Below, in pieces: positions 11,536-23,995 of a DNA stretch of 64,000 bases (its first letter is position 1; the number at the start of each line of letters is the position of its first letter). A model generated the notes under the pieces. That model was not told where the DNA came from, made no database searches, and was given only the letters and a program-made list of their open reading frames with translations. Source of the stretch: Macrostomum lignano (Eukaryota); NCBI GenBank assembly GCA_002269645.1, contig NIVC01001854.1, forward strand, positions 1 to 64,000. The letters run 5' to 3'. The position numbers and the translations under genes were made by a program.

Positions 11536-14500
11536 AGCTGTGCACTATGTATGTTTCCTCTCCTCATATGTTAGCTATTCATCTTGGTATTTAATCCAGG
11601 GTGATATAATTTTTAGGACCAGCACTAGTAAAATCGATTGAATATGAAGAGCAAAAATGAAAGTTTGCATATAGGGACCATGAACTGTGTCGCTTTAATA
11701 TTAAAGTCTAGATTTAAAAATCGTTGATATGAAAGTGTATACCAAACAGGTAAAAAGCAACCTTGGTTCAATTGTTATCACAAAGTGAAAAAAATAAGTA
11801 ATTTTAACTATCTAATTGCTAAGGGTTTCTTAGAAATCGTAGAAAGCCGAAAGGGTAAACCTTCGGTGCAGGAGCTTGGGACTTTGTAGACAGGATTAAT
11901 CTTATTTTAAAAAAGGGGGCCTGGCTGATCTTAAATCATTTTATGTTTAGTTTTAGTAAAATATTGTCTTATTCTGTCCTTATATATCAGCTTAAAAAAC
12001 TTTTTATGTCTGGTTGTGCATAATATTTCATAATTAAACTGTTTCGGTCGCTTAAAGTTTTCTGTTTGTGCAGTATTAGCTACTAACAGTAGTGAGCTGG
12101 ATTTTCGAAAAGTGCGTTTGCCAAATTATATTAAAAGTGAATGTATTTTTTAAGCTTAGTGAAGCAGATAAAACCTTTGCTTAGCTTTTTGCGTCTGTTA
12201 GTCTGCTGCATCTTTTTTGTAGTTTAAACTTTTTGACAATTTTACTAAATGTTTTACTTGAATGAGTAAAATGTATGTGTGAAATTAATCGGGTCGGATT
12301 ACCACTGAAGACTAAAGGTTACATAAATGATAGCCCATGTATCCTAAGTATGTAACCCCAAGCTTAATGTTGTACTTTCTCTTGTGTCTTCTTACATTGC
12401 AGTACTACATGTAAAAATGTTTCTTTAACAGTACTACATTGCAATACTACAGTATTGCAGTACGCTCGTACTACATGTAAAACCTTCTTTACTTTCTTAA
12501 CTCTATGCTAATATTTATGAACATCCCCAATATATCGTAAAAAAGCTATATGTGAACTTTTTTTTGTTAATAAAAAATAAAATAAATATACTCGCTTTCA
12601 TAAACTAGCTCTGATACCGAGTGAGTTTCTTCTGCTTATATTACAGAAAAATGAGGCACATCCTGCGTTGCAAACTATAGGCTTCAATATATAAAAACAA
12701 GATTGAGTGCCTTTACTGTGCTCACTACTGCTAGTAGTATGTACGAGCTCTCACAGAAAGGTTGTTAGAAAGTTGTTTAATGGTGGGTTACCAACGTTGG
12801 CCTACAACGTTGAAAAAACCGTACAAAGCGGGTCAAAATTGATGTAATTTAAATGTTAAAGAAACATAATTTCAATGATTGGAAAAACGTTGCACCAACA
12901 TAAGTGGCAGTCCGGGAATTGGCATGTCTTTGTGGGACTGCATGCTTTAGGGGGACCATATATATCATCCCCCTGTCCCCCTGGTGGCGATGCTTCTGCA
13001 TATGTATACATGCATACACAGACCCCAAAATCTCCTCCCAAGCCACATCAAATGTACTTGTTCATTAAATGCTGTGTGTGTGGATAGTGCATGTAGTGTT
13101 AATTTCTAAAAAGACAATAAAAATATATATGTTATACGAGCTATATGGAACAGTTAAAACCGTCTACTCGCCACGTCCATAAAAAACATAGAGACGCTAT
13201 CCTGCTGATCATTTAATATTCTGAATACTCGTATACATGTAAATGCATGCTCGTACACACGCACACCACATGCATGTACATATGGATATGAAAACGCGAA
13301 TGATATGTGTCGTTTGGTTTTGGCAACATGTATTTCTACAAAATATCATCACGTATATACGTGTAAACTCAAGCCGAGTATGTTTATATCATCATGTAGG
13401 TAAGTATTTTTGCTATGTTACAGACTTTCAGAAACGAGTCTTATACATAAGTGGTTAGAGTTTCTTTTATACCAATACAAAACAAAAAAATTGTTAATAG
13501 AAAAAAATTGTTTTTTATCTATTTAATAGATAAATTTTGTTTTATCTTTTTAAATTGTGCAAACGTCGTAGAAGCATTTGAATTGTCAAATTTGTTTTAA
13601 CGGAAAGTGTTAGTGAAGACAATTTTGCGGTAATTTTTGAATTCTAGAATTTTTAACACTATTTAAATCAAGTAAGTGCACAACGGACAACCGGACTACC
13701 CGACGTCTTGGCTTGGACAACTACTACAAAAATATACTGCAACTTGCAATACAAAAGGTTTACTATAAAATTAAAACCAAGAAGAGCTTAAATCTTAATA
13801 TCACCTAAATAACCTTAAACGTCAGAGCACAATGTATTGGCTTTAAGCCCCAAGTTTAAATGCTTTATGGTGAAACTAATTTTAGTAATAATCCTACTAC
13901 AAACATTCATTGCATGCCTATCGACAGCTGACAAAATCAAAGATTCTGTTGATAAAAGTAAGTTGACAAATAGTTTTAGTTTTAATTTAGTTTTACTTTA
14001 ATTTAAATAGTTTTTTGGCTTATACGAGTATGATTCATATTGAGATCTTTGATTCGTTTCCTACTTTTTGTGTTAATAAAGAAACCTTAATTGACTTAAA
14101 TTATTAGTGCGTCTGTCTGTATTTTACTCTCAGATATTTTAATGTATAGTTACAGATTAAATATCAAGAACAGTAACTAAGAATTTTATGAATAAATAAT
14201 AAATAATTTAAATTGCCCTTTTTTAAATGAAAAAATTGCACAACGGCTTAAAAACTGATATAGTAAATTGTGAATAGCTTAATCGTTCAATAACATAACT
14301 AACGCATCATGCATTCTCTATAGACTCTCTTTCTTCAAAGAATTAAAAGTTTGACAATATTCAAGCTTTCAAGCTGAAAAAAATCAGAAACAAGAATAGA
14401 AAAAGCAAAAACCTTGCAAACATCAACGAAATACTTGAGCAGGCAATTTTGATTCGAATACGATAATTTTAATTGACAAGTTTCCGAGAAACCCAGTTTC

Positions 14501-14537
14501 ATGTCCTTCCACCTCCTCTCTCATTGATTGATTGCAG

Positions 14538-17500
14538 AAAACTTGGTCAACTTTCTTGAGTCGAGCGCCAGTCGTGGCAGTGGCGGCGGCGACGGCGGCG
14601 CAGTCGAAACCGATGCCTGCAGAATTCGAGCCAGCTGCCGAGAACTAAATAGAATTGTTGTCAGCTGCGATTCGGAGACCCCGGCTGTTGGCTGCGGAGG
14701 CTGCAAGGCCGGCTTCAGGCAGTCGGCGAAATCGACCACGAGTCAGTGCGTGCCAGGTGAGCATCATGGTACAGACAGTGGTGGAAATTCGTGGTAAAGG
14801 CAGATGGGGCCGAGGTGGAGGCATTGATCGCCCGTTGGAGTTCAAAAGTTTTGAAAAATTAAAATTAGAGGGTTGAACTAATATTAGTAAACCTGCACCT
14901 TTAGCAACACTGGAGAGAGGCAAGTGTGGAGGTCAACTAATCCAAGCTTCTATTAGTCAAATGCCCACTGTCCTGGTGGGAAAATCAAATAGAAAGAGAG
15001 AGGGATGAAGAGAGGTAAAGAGAGGGGACAAAGAGAGGAAGAAAGGGAGACAGGGAGAGATGAGAGAGGGAGAGGGAGAGAGGGAGAGAAGAAGGCAGGG
15101 AAGAAGAGATGAGACACGAGACAGGGAGAGAAGGAAAGAGGAAGTCGGGGAGACAGGGTGACAGGGGAGAGGAAGAGAGGGCGAGAGGGAGAGAGGGGAG
15201 GAGGGAGATAGGAAGATAGGGAGAGAAAGAGACAGGGAGACAGGGGAGAGGGAGACAGGGGGAAAGGGAGACAGGGGGAGAGGGGGAGAGGGAGAGAGGG
15301 GGCGGAGAGACAGGGAGACAGGGGAGAGGGAGAGAGGGGAGCGGAGAGACAGAGGAAAGAGGAATGGGAGGGCAATGGAGGGCAGCAGAGCGAATGAACG
15401 TGAAGGATATTAAAAGTATTGTGGGACTGCAAAGCTAAACGATGGACGAGGCGACAATGAAAAATTCACGAAACTTCGCTATCACTCTCATATTATCAAA
15501 TTTATCACATACTAAAAGATTAGGGCTTATTCCAATTTAGAGATTCAGAATTCAATGCCCTGGTTCAATAGGACTTTCCAAAAGTATACTCGTCCAATGT
15601 CAAGCGTCCTGCCATATCTACAGGATTTTCTTTTCTAGTCCTTAAAAATAACTGCCCACCAACAGAAGCTCTGCGCACTGCATTGTCTGCGGACTTATGT
15701 TGCACAGAAAGCTAGTATGGTGGCGGTTGGCAGCAGAGAGGATATTATACTCTGGTATTGATCTGCGCAAACGGCCAAGAGCTATAATATCGATCTGCAC
15801 GAATAATTTCCTATATTTTGCTGAAGCCACTTTTCTGTCTATACTGTCAGTTGCTGTAGCCAAGTCTAGAATCTCGCTTATACGCAACTGCACCATGCTG
15901 AAGTTTAATGCAGAGTTTTGCTACCAGCTTGGTTTGTCTATGGCCATAGATGGGTTCAGGGCGTTGCCAGTGTCGCTGATAGTCAGCCAAGATGGCGAAT
16001 CCCCTGGTGCTGGCGCCCCTGGTGCTGGCGCCCCTGGTGCTGGCGCCCCTGGTGCTGGCGCCCCTGGTGCTGGCGCCCCTGGTGCTAAAGCCCCTGGTGC
16101 TGGCGCCCCTGGTGCTAAAGCCCCTGGTGCTGGCGCCCCTGGTGCTGGCGCCCCTGGTGCTGGCGCCCCTGGTGCTGGCGCCCCTGGTGCTGGCGCCCCT
16201 GGTGCTGGCGCCCCTGGTGCTGGCGCCCCTGGTGCTGGCGCCCCTGGTGCTGGCGCCCCTGGTGCTGGCGCCCCTGGTGCTGGCGCCCCTGGTGCTGGCG
16301 CCCCTGGTGCTGGCGCCCCTGGTGCTAAAGCCCCTGGTGCTGGCGCCCCTGGTGCTAAAGCCCCTGGTGCTAAAGCCCCTGGTGCTGGCGCCCCTGGTGC
16401 TAAAGCCCCTGGTGCTAAAGCCCCTGGTGCTAAAGCCCCTGGTGCTAAAGCCCATGGTGCTAAAGCCCCTGGTTATAGATCCCTCACTTGAAATGGCTTC
16501 CACTATATGTAGATTATATTAAAGTTCATCTACGCAACCTCTTCCAGTGCCTTCACGGGCCAAAGGCCGTGAACATAATTTCATAGACTATGATGGTTAG
16601 CCACCAATCAGAGGTTTAGGTAGCTATTTACTTTATAATAGATACTTTATACTTTACTTTATAATATATTTAATATAATATATTTATATTATATTTACTT
16701 TATAATATAATAGATAGAAAAGCACACTTTATCCAAACGGAAAAATTTCAATCCATGTTATTGATATCTTTCTCGTTCATCGCTGATTGGTTCTAGGCAT
16801 TATTATTGCAAAAAAATGCTACATTCCCTCCATGAGGTTGCCGTGTGAATTACTGATAAGATACGAGCGTAGAGACTACGAACAATCCAGGTGGCTCTGG
16901 TTTAAACCCTTGTTACCAACTGCATAGTTAGCTTATCATTCAGTAAACCCGCCCCGCACTAACTTCAAAGCAAATAGTTTCGTGTGATACAGCGTTCTCA
17001 GTATTGAGCTCATATCTAGCTTTGAGCAGATTTTGTTCTAGTTGCACAGCAAGTTTTATTTCTTACGCGCGAAACTGAAAATTTGAAATGTATTGGACCG
17101 TCTAAGAAACTATACATTTATAGCAGATGTCAGAGCAGGGTTAAGGATAAGCTCTAGAACAGGTGTGGTTAGGATAAGCTCTAGAACAGGTGTGGTTAGG
17201 ATAAGCTCTAGAACAAGTGTGGTTAGGATATGCTCTAGAACAAGTGTGGTTAGGATAAGCTCTAGAACAGGTGTGGTTAGGATAAGCTCTAGAACAGGTG
17301 TGGTTAGAATATGCTCTAGAACAAGTGTGGTTAGGATAAGCTCTAGAACAGGTGTGGTTAGGATAAGCTCTAGAACAGGTGTGGTTAGGATAAGCTCTAG
17401 AACAGGTGTGGTTAGGACAGGCTCTAGAACAGGTGTGGTTAGGATAAGCTCTAGAACAGGTGTGGTTAGGACAGGCTCTAGAACAGGTGTGGTTAGGATA

Positions 17501-20500
17501 AGCGCCAGCTAGAACATGTGTGGTTAGGATAAGCGCCAGCTAGAACATGTGTGATTAGGATAAGCGCCAGCTAGAACAGGTTTGGTTCGGATAAGCGCCA
17601 GCTAGAACAGGTTTGGTTCGGATAAGCGCCAGCTAGAACAGGTTTGGTTAGGATAAGCGCCAGCTAGAACAGGTTTGGTTCGGATAAGCGCCAGCTAGAA
17701 CAGGTTTGGTTAGGATAAGCGCCAGCTAGAACAGGTTTGGTTCGGATAAGCGCCAGCTAGAACAGGTTTGGTTAGGATAAGCGCCAGCTAGAACAGGTTT
17801 GGTTCGGATAAGCGCCAGCTAGAACAGGTTTGGTTAGGATAAGCGCCAGCTAGAACAGGTTTGGTTCGGATAAGCGCCAGCTAGAACAGGTTTGGTTCGG
17901 ATAAGCGCCAGCTAGAACAGGTTTGGTTCGGATAAGCGCCAGCTAGAACAGGTTTGGTTCGGATAAGCGCCAGCTAGAACAGGTTTGGTTCGGATAAGCG
18001 CCAGCTAGAACAGGTTTGGTTCGGATAAGCGCCAGCTAGAACAGGTTTGGTTCGGATAAGCGCCAGCTAGAACAGGTTTGGTTCGGATAAGCGCCAGCTA
18101 GAACAGGTTTGGTTCGGATAAGCGCCAGCTAGAACAGGTTTGGTTCGGATAAGCGCCAGCTAGAACAGGTTTGGTTCGGATAAGCGCCAGCTAGAACAGG
18201 TTTGGTTCGGATAAGCGCCAGCTAGAACAGGTTTGGTTCGGATAAGCGCCAGCTAGAACAGGTTTGGTTCGGATAAGCGCCAGCTAGAACAGGTTTGGTT
18301 CGGATAAGCGCCAGCTAGAACAGGTTTGGTTCGGATAAGCGCCAGCTAGAACAGGTTTGGTTCGGATAAGCGCCAGCTAGAACAGGTTTGGTTAGGATAA
18401 GCGCCAGCTAGAACAGGTTTGGTTCGGATAAGCGCCAGCTAGAACAGGTTTGGTTCGGATAAGCGCCAGCTAGAACAGGTTTGGTTCGGATAAGCGCCAG
18501 CTAGAACAGGTTTGGTTCGGATAAGCGCCAGCTAGAACAGGTTTGGTTCGGATAAGCGCCAGCTAGAACAGGTTTGGTTCGGATAAGCGCCAGCTAGAAC
18601 AGGTTTGGTTCGGATAAGCGCCAGCTAGAACAGGTTTGGTTCGGATAAGCGCCAGCTAGAACAGGTTTGGTTCGGATAAGCGCCAGCTAGAACAGGTTTG
18701 GTTCGGATAAGCGCCAGCTAGAACAGGTTTGGTTCGGATAAGCGCCAGCTAGAACAGGTTTGGTTCGGATAAGCGCCAGCTAGAACAGGTTTGGTTCGGA
18801 TAAGCGCCAGCTAGAACAGGTTTGGTTAGGATAAGCGCCAGCTAGAACAGGTTTGGTTCGGATAAGCGCCAGCTAGAACAGGTTTGGTTCGGATAAGCGC
18901 CAGCTAGAACAGGTTTGGTTAGGATAAGCGCCAGCTAGAACAGGTTTGGTTAGGATAAGCGCCAGCTAGAACAGGTTTGGTTCGGATAAGCGCCAGCTAG
19001 AACAGGTTTGGTTCGGATAAGCGCCAGCTAGAACAGGTTTGGTTCGGATAAGCGCCAGCTAGAACAGGTTTGGTTCGGATAAGCGCCAGCTAGAACAGGT
19101 TTGGTTAGGATAAGCGCCAGCTAGAACAGGTTTGGTTCGGATAAGCGCCAGCTAGAACAGGTTTGGTTAGGATAAGCGCCAGCTAGAATATAAAAATACT
19201 TGCACGAATTTGCCAATTCCCCACAATTGCAGACCCTTCGGCCAGCTTCGGTGCCGCGCTAGACGCCGAGAAACTGATCGACGATCTGGCAGTTTCGTCG
19301 TCTATGAACGAGAAAGATTCAGATAGCGAAAGTGAGTGTTGAAGCTTGTGATGTATTTTGATGTACTTTTATTTAGGGTCGAGTTTAGAAGCGGATTAGA
19401 CTGTTGGTAAATGGATCGCAGGAGACAATAAATGGATTCCGGATGGCGCCAAAATAGATGCCAGATGGCACCAAAATAGATTCCAGATAGCGCCAAAATA
19501 GATTTCATATCGACCCAAATCAGATTCCAAAAGGCGCCAAAATAGATTCCAGATGTCACTAGAATAGGTTCCAGATAGCGCCAAAATAGATTCCAAATGG
19601 CGCCAAAATAGATTCCAAATGGCGCCAAAATAGATGTAGCTTCCAGAAGACACCAAAATGGACTCTTTAAAACAGTTTCTGTGTCACTATAAAACTTGTT
19701 AGGACCGCAGCGGAAAGGCAGCGAAGGCCGCCCCACAGCGGCCAGCTCCACCGACTCAAGCGGCGGTCGAAACGACAGCTCGCATCGGCCGACACCGCCG
19801 CCGCTGCTGCCGCCGCCGCGTTCGCCTCCGATCAGGCGGATACCACTGGCTAATGGCGACTTTGTTTTTTACGGTTGGTTCCGCAATGCGGCTTAGTTCT
19901 TAGTTATCAATTCATTGCAACCCCTAGTCCTCAATTATCGATCCACTACAACCCCCAGTCTTTAATTATCGATCCACTGCAACCCCCAGTCTTTAATTAT
20001 CGATCCACTACAACCCCCAGTCTTTAATTATGGATCCACTGCAACCCCCAGTATTTAATTATCGATCCACTGCAACCCCCAGTATTTAATTATCGATCCA
20101 CTACAACCCCCAGTCTTAAATTATCGATCCACTGCAACCCCCAGTCTTTAATTATCGATCCACTGCAACCCCCAGTCTTTAATTGTCGATCCATTGCAAC
20201 CCCCAGTTCTTTAATTGTCGATCCATTGCAACCCCCAGTCCTTTAATTATCGATCCACTGCAACCCCCAGTCTTTAACTATCGATCCACTACAACCCCCA
20301 GTCTTTAATTATCGATCCACTACAACCCCAGTCTTAAATTATCGATCCATTGCAACCCTCAGTTCTTTAACTATCGATCCATTGCAACCCCAGTCCTTTA
20401 ATTATCGATCCACTGCAACCCCCAGTCCTTTAATTATCGATCCATTGCAACCCTCAGTCCTTTAATTATCGATCCATTGCAACCCCAGTCCTTTAATTAT

Positions 20501-22792
20501 TGATCCATTGCAACCCCCAGTCCTTTAATTATCGATCCATTGCAACCCCCAGTCCTTTAATTATCGATCCATTGCAACCCCCAGTCCTTTAATTATCGAT
20601 CCATTGCAACCCTCAGTCCTTTAATTATCGATCCATTGCAACCCCCAGTCCTTTAATTATCGATCCATTGCAACCCCCAGTCCTTTAATTATCGATCCAT
20701 TGCAACCCCCAGTCTTTAATTATCGATCCACTGCAGTCTGCAACCCCCAGTCTTTAACTATCGATCCATTGCAACCCCCAGTCCTTTAATTATCGATCCA
20801 TTGCAACCCTCAGTCCTTAATTATCGATCCATTGCAACCTCAGTCCTTTAATTATTGATCCATTGCAACAGCCAGTCAACTAATTATCGATATTTTTCAG
20901 CTTCACACCCTAATTATACAGACTAAATAGAAAGTAATATTTCGCAAAATTGCAGTCATTGTCGGAGCCGCCAGCGGCCTGGGCATCTTACTAATCATAT
21001 TCTTCGCCGTCTGTGTCTACATGTAAGAAGTCTCTTTCAATTCCATGAGTACTTTGATGTAGCTATGTTTTAGATACGAGATTTGGCATGCATAGATTCA
21101 ATACTTTATTCTCAAAATCGTCGCTCCAGATACACCAGCTCCGGGAGGCAGGCGGCGGAAAAACGCTACATCAATCCCGATTACGCGGCGCAGACAAGCG
21201 GCAGCGCAGGAGACGGAAAGCTAGCGTTGAGTGCGCAGATGTACCATTATCAGCATCAGAAACAGCAGATGCTGGCAATGGAGAGGCAAGTGGGACCTGC
21301 TTGTTTGTGGATTGTCTGCTAAGGATCCGGGAGGCTGGCACAGAAACTGAGGATCCGATAGCAACTGAGGATCCGGGAGGCTGGCACAGAAACTGAGGAT
21401 CTGATAGCAACTGAGGATCTGGGAGGCTGGCCCAGCAACTGAGGATCTGGGAGGCTGGCCCAGCAACTGAGGATCTGGGAGGCTGGCCTAGGAACTGAGG
21501 ATCTGGGAGGCTGGCCCAGCAACTGAGGATCTGGGAGGCTGGCCTAGGAACTGAGGATCTGGGAGGCTGGCCCATCAACTGAGGATCTGGGAGGCTGGCA
21601 CAGAAACTGAGGATCTGATAGCAACTGAGGATCTGGGAGGCTGGCCCAGTAATTGGGGATCTGGGAGGCTGGTGGCCCAGCAACTGAGGATCTGGGAGGC
21701 TGGCCCAGCAACTGAAGATCTGGGAGGCTGGCCCAGCAACTGAGGATCTGGAAGGCTGGCCCAGCAACTGAGGATCTGGGAGGCTGGCCCAGCAACTGGG
21801 GATTTGGGAGGCTGGCCCAGGCTCAGAAACTGATGATCTGGGATGTCAAGCTGCAGATAATTGAGTTGCGAATATATCAGGTTTTCCAATGTTTATGATA
21901 GGGCTATTTACTGTTATCATTAAATACAAATCCAGAATCGCTAACCTACTCTCATGAAGCTCAGTAATTCACTCTATGCAGATCCAACAGCGACCTGCAG
22001 CGGGACATGTCAGACGACGACTCAGATTTGGAGAATGACGAAGCGGACTTCACAGTGTACGAGTGCCCCGGGCTGGCCACGGTGAGTCGCCTTTGAGGAT
22101 TTTCACTTCTTAATACAGTAATTCCCTAACGAAAGATATTGAAAATGTTAATACATTTATCACCTATTAATCAGCTTTGGAATAAGCCACCGGCTTGTCA
22201 TTCAAACCCTCCCAGATCCTCAGTTGCTGGGCCAGCCTACCAGATCCTCAGTTCCTAGGCCAGCCTCCCAGATCCTCAGTTCCTAGGCCAGCCTCCCAGA
22301 TCCTCAGTTGCTGAGCCAGCCTCCCAGATCCTCAGTTGCTGGGCCAGCCTCCCAGATCCTCAGTTCCTAGGCCAGCCTCCCAGATCCTCAGTTCCTAGGC
22401 CAGCCTCCCAGATCCTCAGTTGCTGAGCCAGCATCCCAGATCCTCAGTTGCTGGGCCAGCCTCCCAGATCCTCAGTTGCTGGGCCAGCCTCCCAGATCCT
22501 CAGTTGCTGGGCCAGCCTCCCAGATCCTCAGTTGCTGGGCCAGCTTCCCAGATACTCAGTTACGGAATGTCACCGACCGCAAAATATTTAAAGTTCTGTT
22601 TAAAGAGTGATTTCTTCCGATTAAATAACTGACACGCAGCTTGCAAACTTCAGACACAGTTACTGCCGCAAACCTCATTTACAGACCAAGGAGATGGAAG
22701 TCCGCAATCCACTATTCAAGGAAGATGAGGACGTGGAAGCTGCGGCATCGGCAAGTTCAGCGACTGGTGCATCAACGGAAGACAAGAGATAG
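14538..22792 (+). CDS. NPDC1: NPDC1 / cab-1-like single-pass membrane protein (5'-incomplete)
   Basis: Exons 14538-14756 (Cys-rich), 19233-19331, 19703-19873, 20956-21022 (TM: VIVGAASGLGILLIIFFAVCVY), 21130-21285 (AQMYHYQHQKQQMLAMER), 21982-22081 (DFTVYECPGLA), 22685-22792 (EMEVRNPLF); phases all compatible; C-terminal motifs are diagnostic of NPDC1. Signal-peptide exon not located. Confidence 0.88.
14991..15370. repeat. Purine-rich (GA) low-complexity tract in an NPDC1 intron
   Basis: GAGAGG/GGAGAC runs; explains ORF 14953-15432. Confidence 0.9.
16001..16473. repeat. 15-bp minisatellite (CCCCTGGTGCTGGCG / CCCCTGGTGCTAAAG), ~31 copies
   Basis: Exact periodicity of 15 with two interspersed variants. 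Confidence 0.97.
16544..16642 (-). mobile_element. Possible tiny Helitron-like non-autonomous element
   Basis: On the minus strand begins TCTATTATAAAG after an A, has a subterminal hairpin TTCACGGCC-TTT-GGCCCGTGAA and ends CTGG; the 3' flank is not T, so support is weak. Confidence 0.25.
17141..19189. repeat. Compound minisatellite: 27-bp units (AGAACAGGTGTGGTTAGGATAAGCTCT) grading into 31-bp units (AGAACAGGTTTGGTTCGGATAAGCGCCAGCT)
   Basis: ~13 copies of the 27-mer up to ~17510, then ~54 nearly identical 31-mers; no spacers. Confidence 0.97.
19443..19637. repeat. 22-bp minisatellite (GGCGCCAAAATAGATTCCAGAT), ~9 copies
   Basis: Direct inspection; lies in a short NPDC1 intron. Confidence 0.9.
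19915..20885. repeat. 31-32-bp minisatellite (TCGATCCACTGCAACCCCCAGTCTTTAATTA), ~30 copies
   Basis: Direct inspection; fills most of the intron before the TM exon. Confidence 0.95.
21322..21835 (+). repeat. 28-bp minisatellite (AACTGAGGATCTGGGAGGCTGGCCCAGC), left arm of an inverted pair
   Basis: ~18 units including short GATCTGATAGCAACTGAG variants. Confidence 0.95.
22210..22560 (-). repeat. 28-bp minisatellite, reverse complement of the 21322-21835 array (right arm)
   Basis: Unit GCTGGGCCAGCCTCCCAGATCCTCAGTT is the exact reverse complement; shares the CCTAGG variant. Confidence 0.95.
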
Positions 22793-23074
22793 ATAGAATT
22801 GGAGCTCATTGCTTCCTAATTTTAGAGTTTGCCTGCTATCGAATAATGCTTGATATGCTCGATCATGCTCGAATGGTATTCTTGGTGCATGTACCTCGGT
22901 ATTTTTTTGCCGAACACGTTATAAACTTGTAGCTTTAAAATTTCATCACGGAGATGTACACGTGATTGAGAGGAAATGCCTCCATTGTGATGTTACATGT
23001 AAAATATGCATGCAGCTGCCCCTGTGCATGTTAACCCCCAGTAGTATGTTAACTACATGTACATGTATATTGTT

Positions 23075-23995
23075 TATGCTCGAGAATTGCCCCCAATCCA
23101 CTCAGAATCACCCAAATTCAACTAATGAGAATCGCCCCCAATCCACGATGAGAATCGTCCCAATCCACACTGAGAATCGCCCCCAATCTACACTAAGAAT
23201 CGCCTCCCATCCACTAAGAACCGCCGCCAATCCACACTGAGAATCGCCCCCAATCCACACTGAGAATCGCCCCCATTCTACACTAAGAATCTCCCCCAAT
23301 CCACACTGAGAATCGCCCCCAATCCACACTGAGAATCGCCCCCATTCTACACTAAGAATCTCCCCCAATCCACACTAAGAATCGCCCCCATTCTACACTA
23401 AGAATCTCCCCCAATCCACACTAAGAATTGCCCCAAATCTACACTAAGAATCGCCCCCAATCCACAATGTGAATCGCCAAATCCACACTGAGAATCGCCC
23501 CCAATCCACGATGAGAATCGTCCCAGTCCACACTGAGAATCGCCCCCAAACTACACTGAGAATCGCAACAATCCACCACTGAGAATGGTCCCAATCACAC
23601 TGAGAATCGCCCCAATCTACCACTGAGAATCGCCCAAATTCACCAGAGTCTCGCCCCCATTCACTACGAATCGCCCCAATCCACTTGAGAATCGCCCAAT
23701 CCACCTGAGAATCGCCCGCAATCCACAACTGACAATCGCCCACAATCTACACTGAATCGCCCCCAATCCGAACTAAGAATCGCCCCCAATCCACACTGAG
23801 AATCGCCCCAATCCACCTGAGAATCGCCCCCAATCCATACTGAGAATCGCCCAATCCACACTGAGAATCGCCCGAATCCACCTGAGAATCGCCCCCAATC
23901 CACACTGAGAATCGCCCCAATCCACCTGAGAATCGCCCCCAATCCCAATCCACACTGAGAATCGCTCCCAATCCACACTGAGAATCGCCCCAAAC
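23075..23995. repeat. ~23-bp minisatellite (CCACACTGAGAATCGCCCCCAAT) between the convergent NPDC1 and EDEM2 3' ends
   Basis: ~40 variable copies; source of the WGRFSV-type ORFs. Confidence 0.95.

Larger units (their letters stand above)
5268..12916 (+). mobile_element. CMC/EnSpm (CACTA-superfamily) DNA transposon, ~7.65 kb, non-autonomous copy
   Basis: TIRs CCCGGGCTGCCA (5268-5279) / TGGCAGTCCGGG (12905-12916), 11/12 match; 3-bp TSD AAT (5265-5267, 12917-12919); subterminal AACGTT-type repeats at both ends; carries a transposase remnant and a partner gene in the same orientation. Confidence 0.8.

Noticed and set aside
4978-12998. Older hAT element split by the EnSpm insertion
   Set aside because: The ends resemble TIRs only loosely and the flanks (ATTATTGG / CATATGTA) do not form a TSD.
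15642-15990. Coding-looking ORFs left of the 15-bp repeat
   Set aside because: No recognisable motif and no usable splice sites into the NPDC1 frame.
15697-16522. Elastin/silk-like GAPGA ORF and overlapping APLVL and STRGA ORFs
   Set aside because: A 15-bp unit keeps several frames open; it lies within an NPDC1 intron with no supporting splice or start context.
17141-19189. CRISPR-like array of 27-31-bp repeats
   Set aside because: Head-to-tail units with no unique spacers, no cas genes, eukaryotic intron.
20901-21096. Alternative NPDC1 acceptors at 20900, 21073 and 21095
   Set aside because: They lead to stops or the wrong phase; 20955 and 21129 keep the conserved frame.
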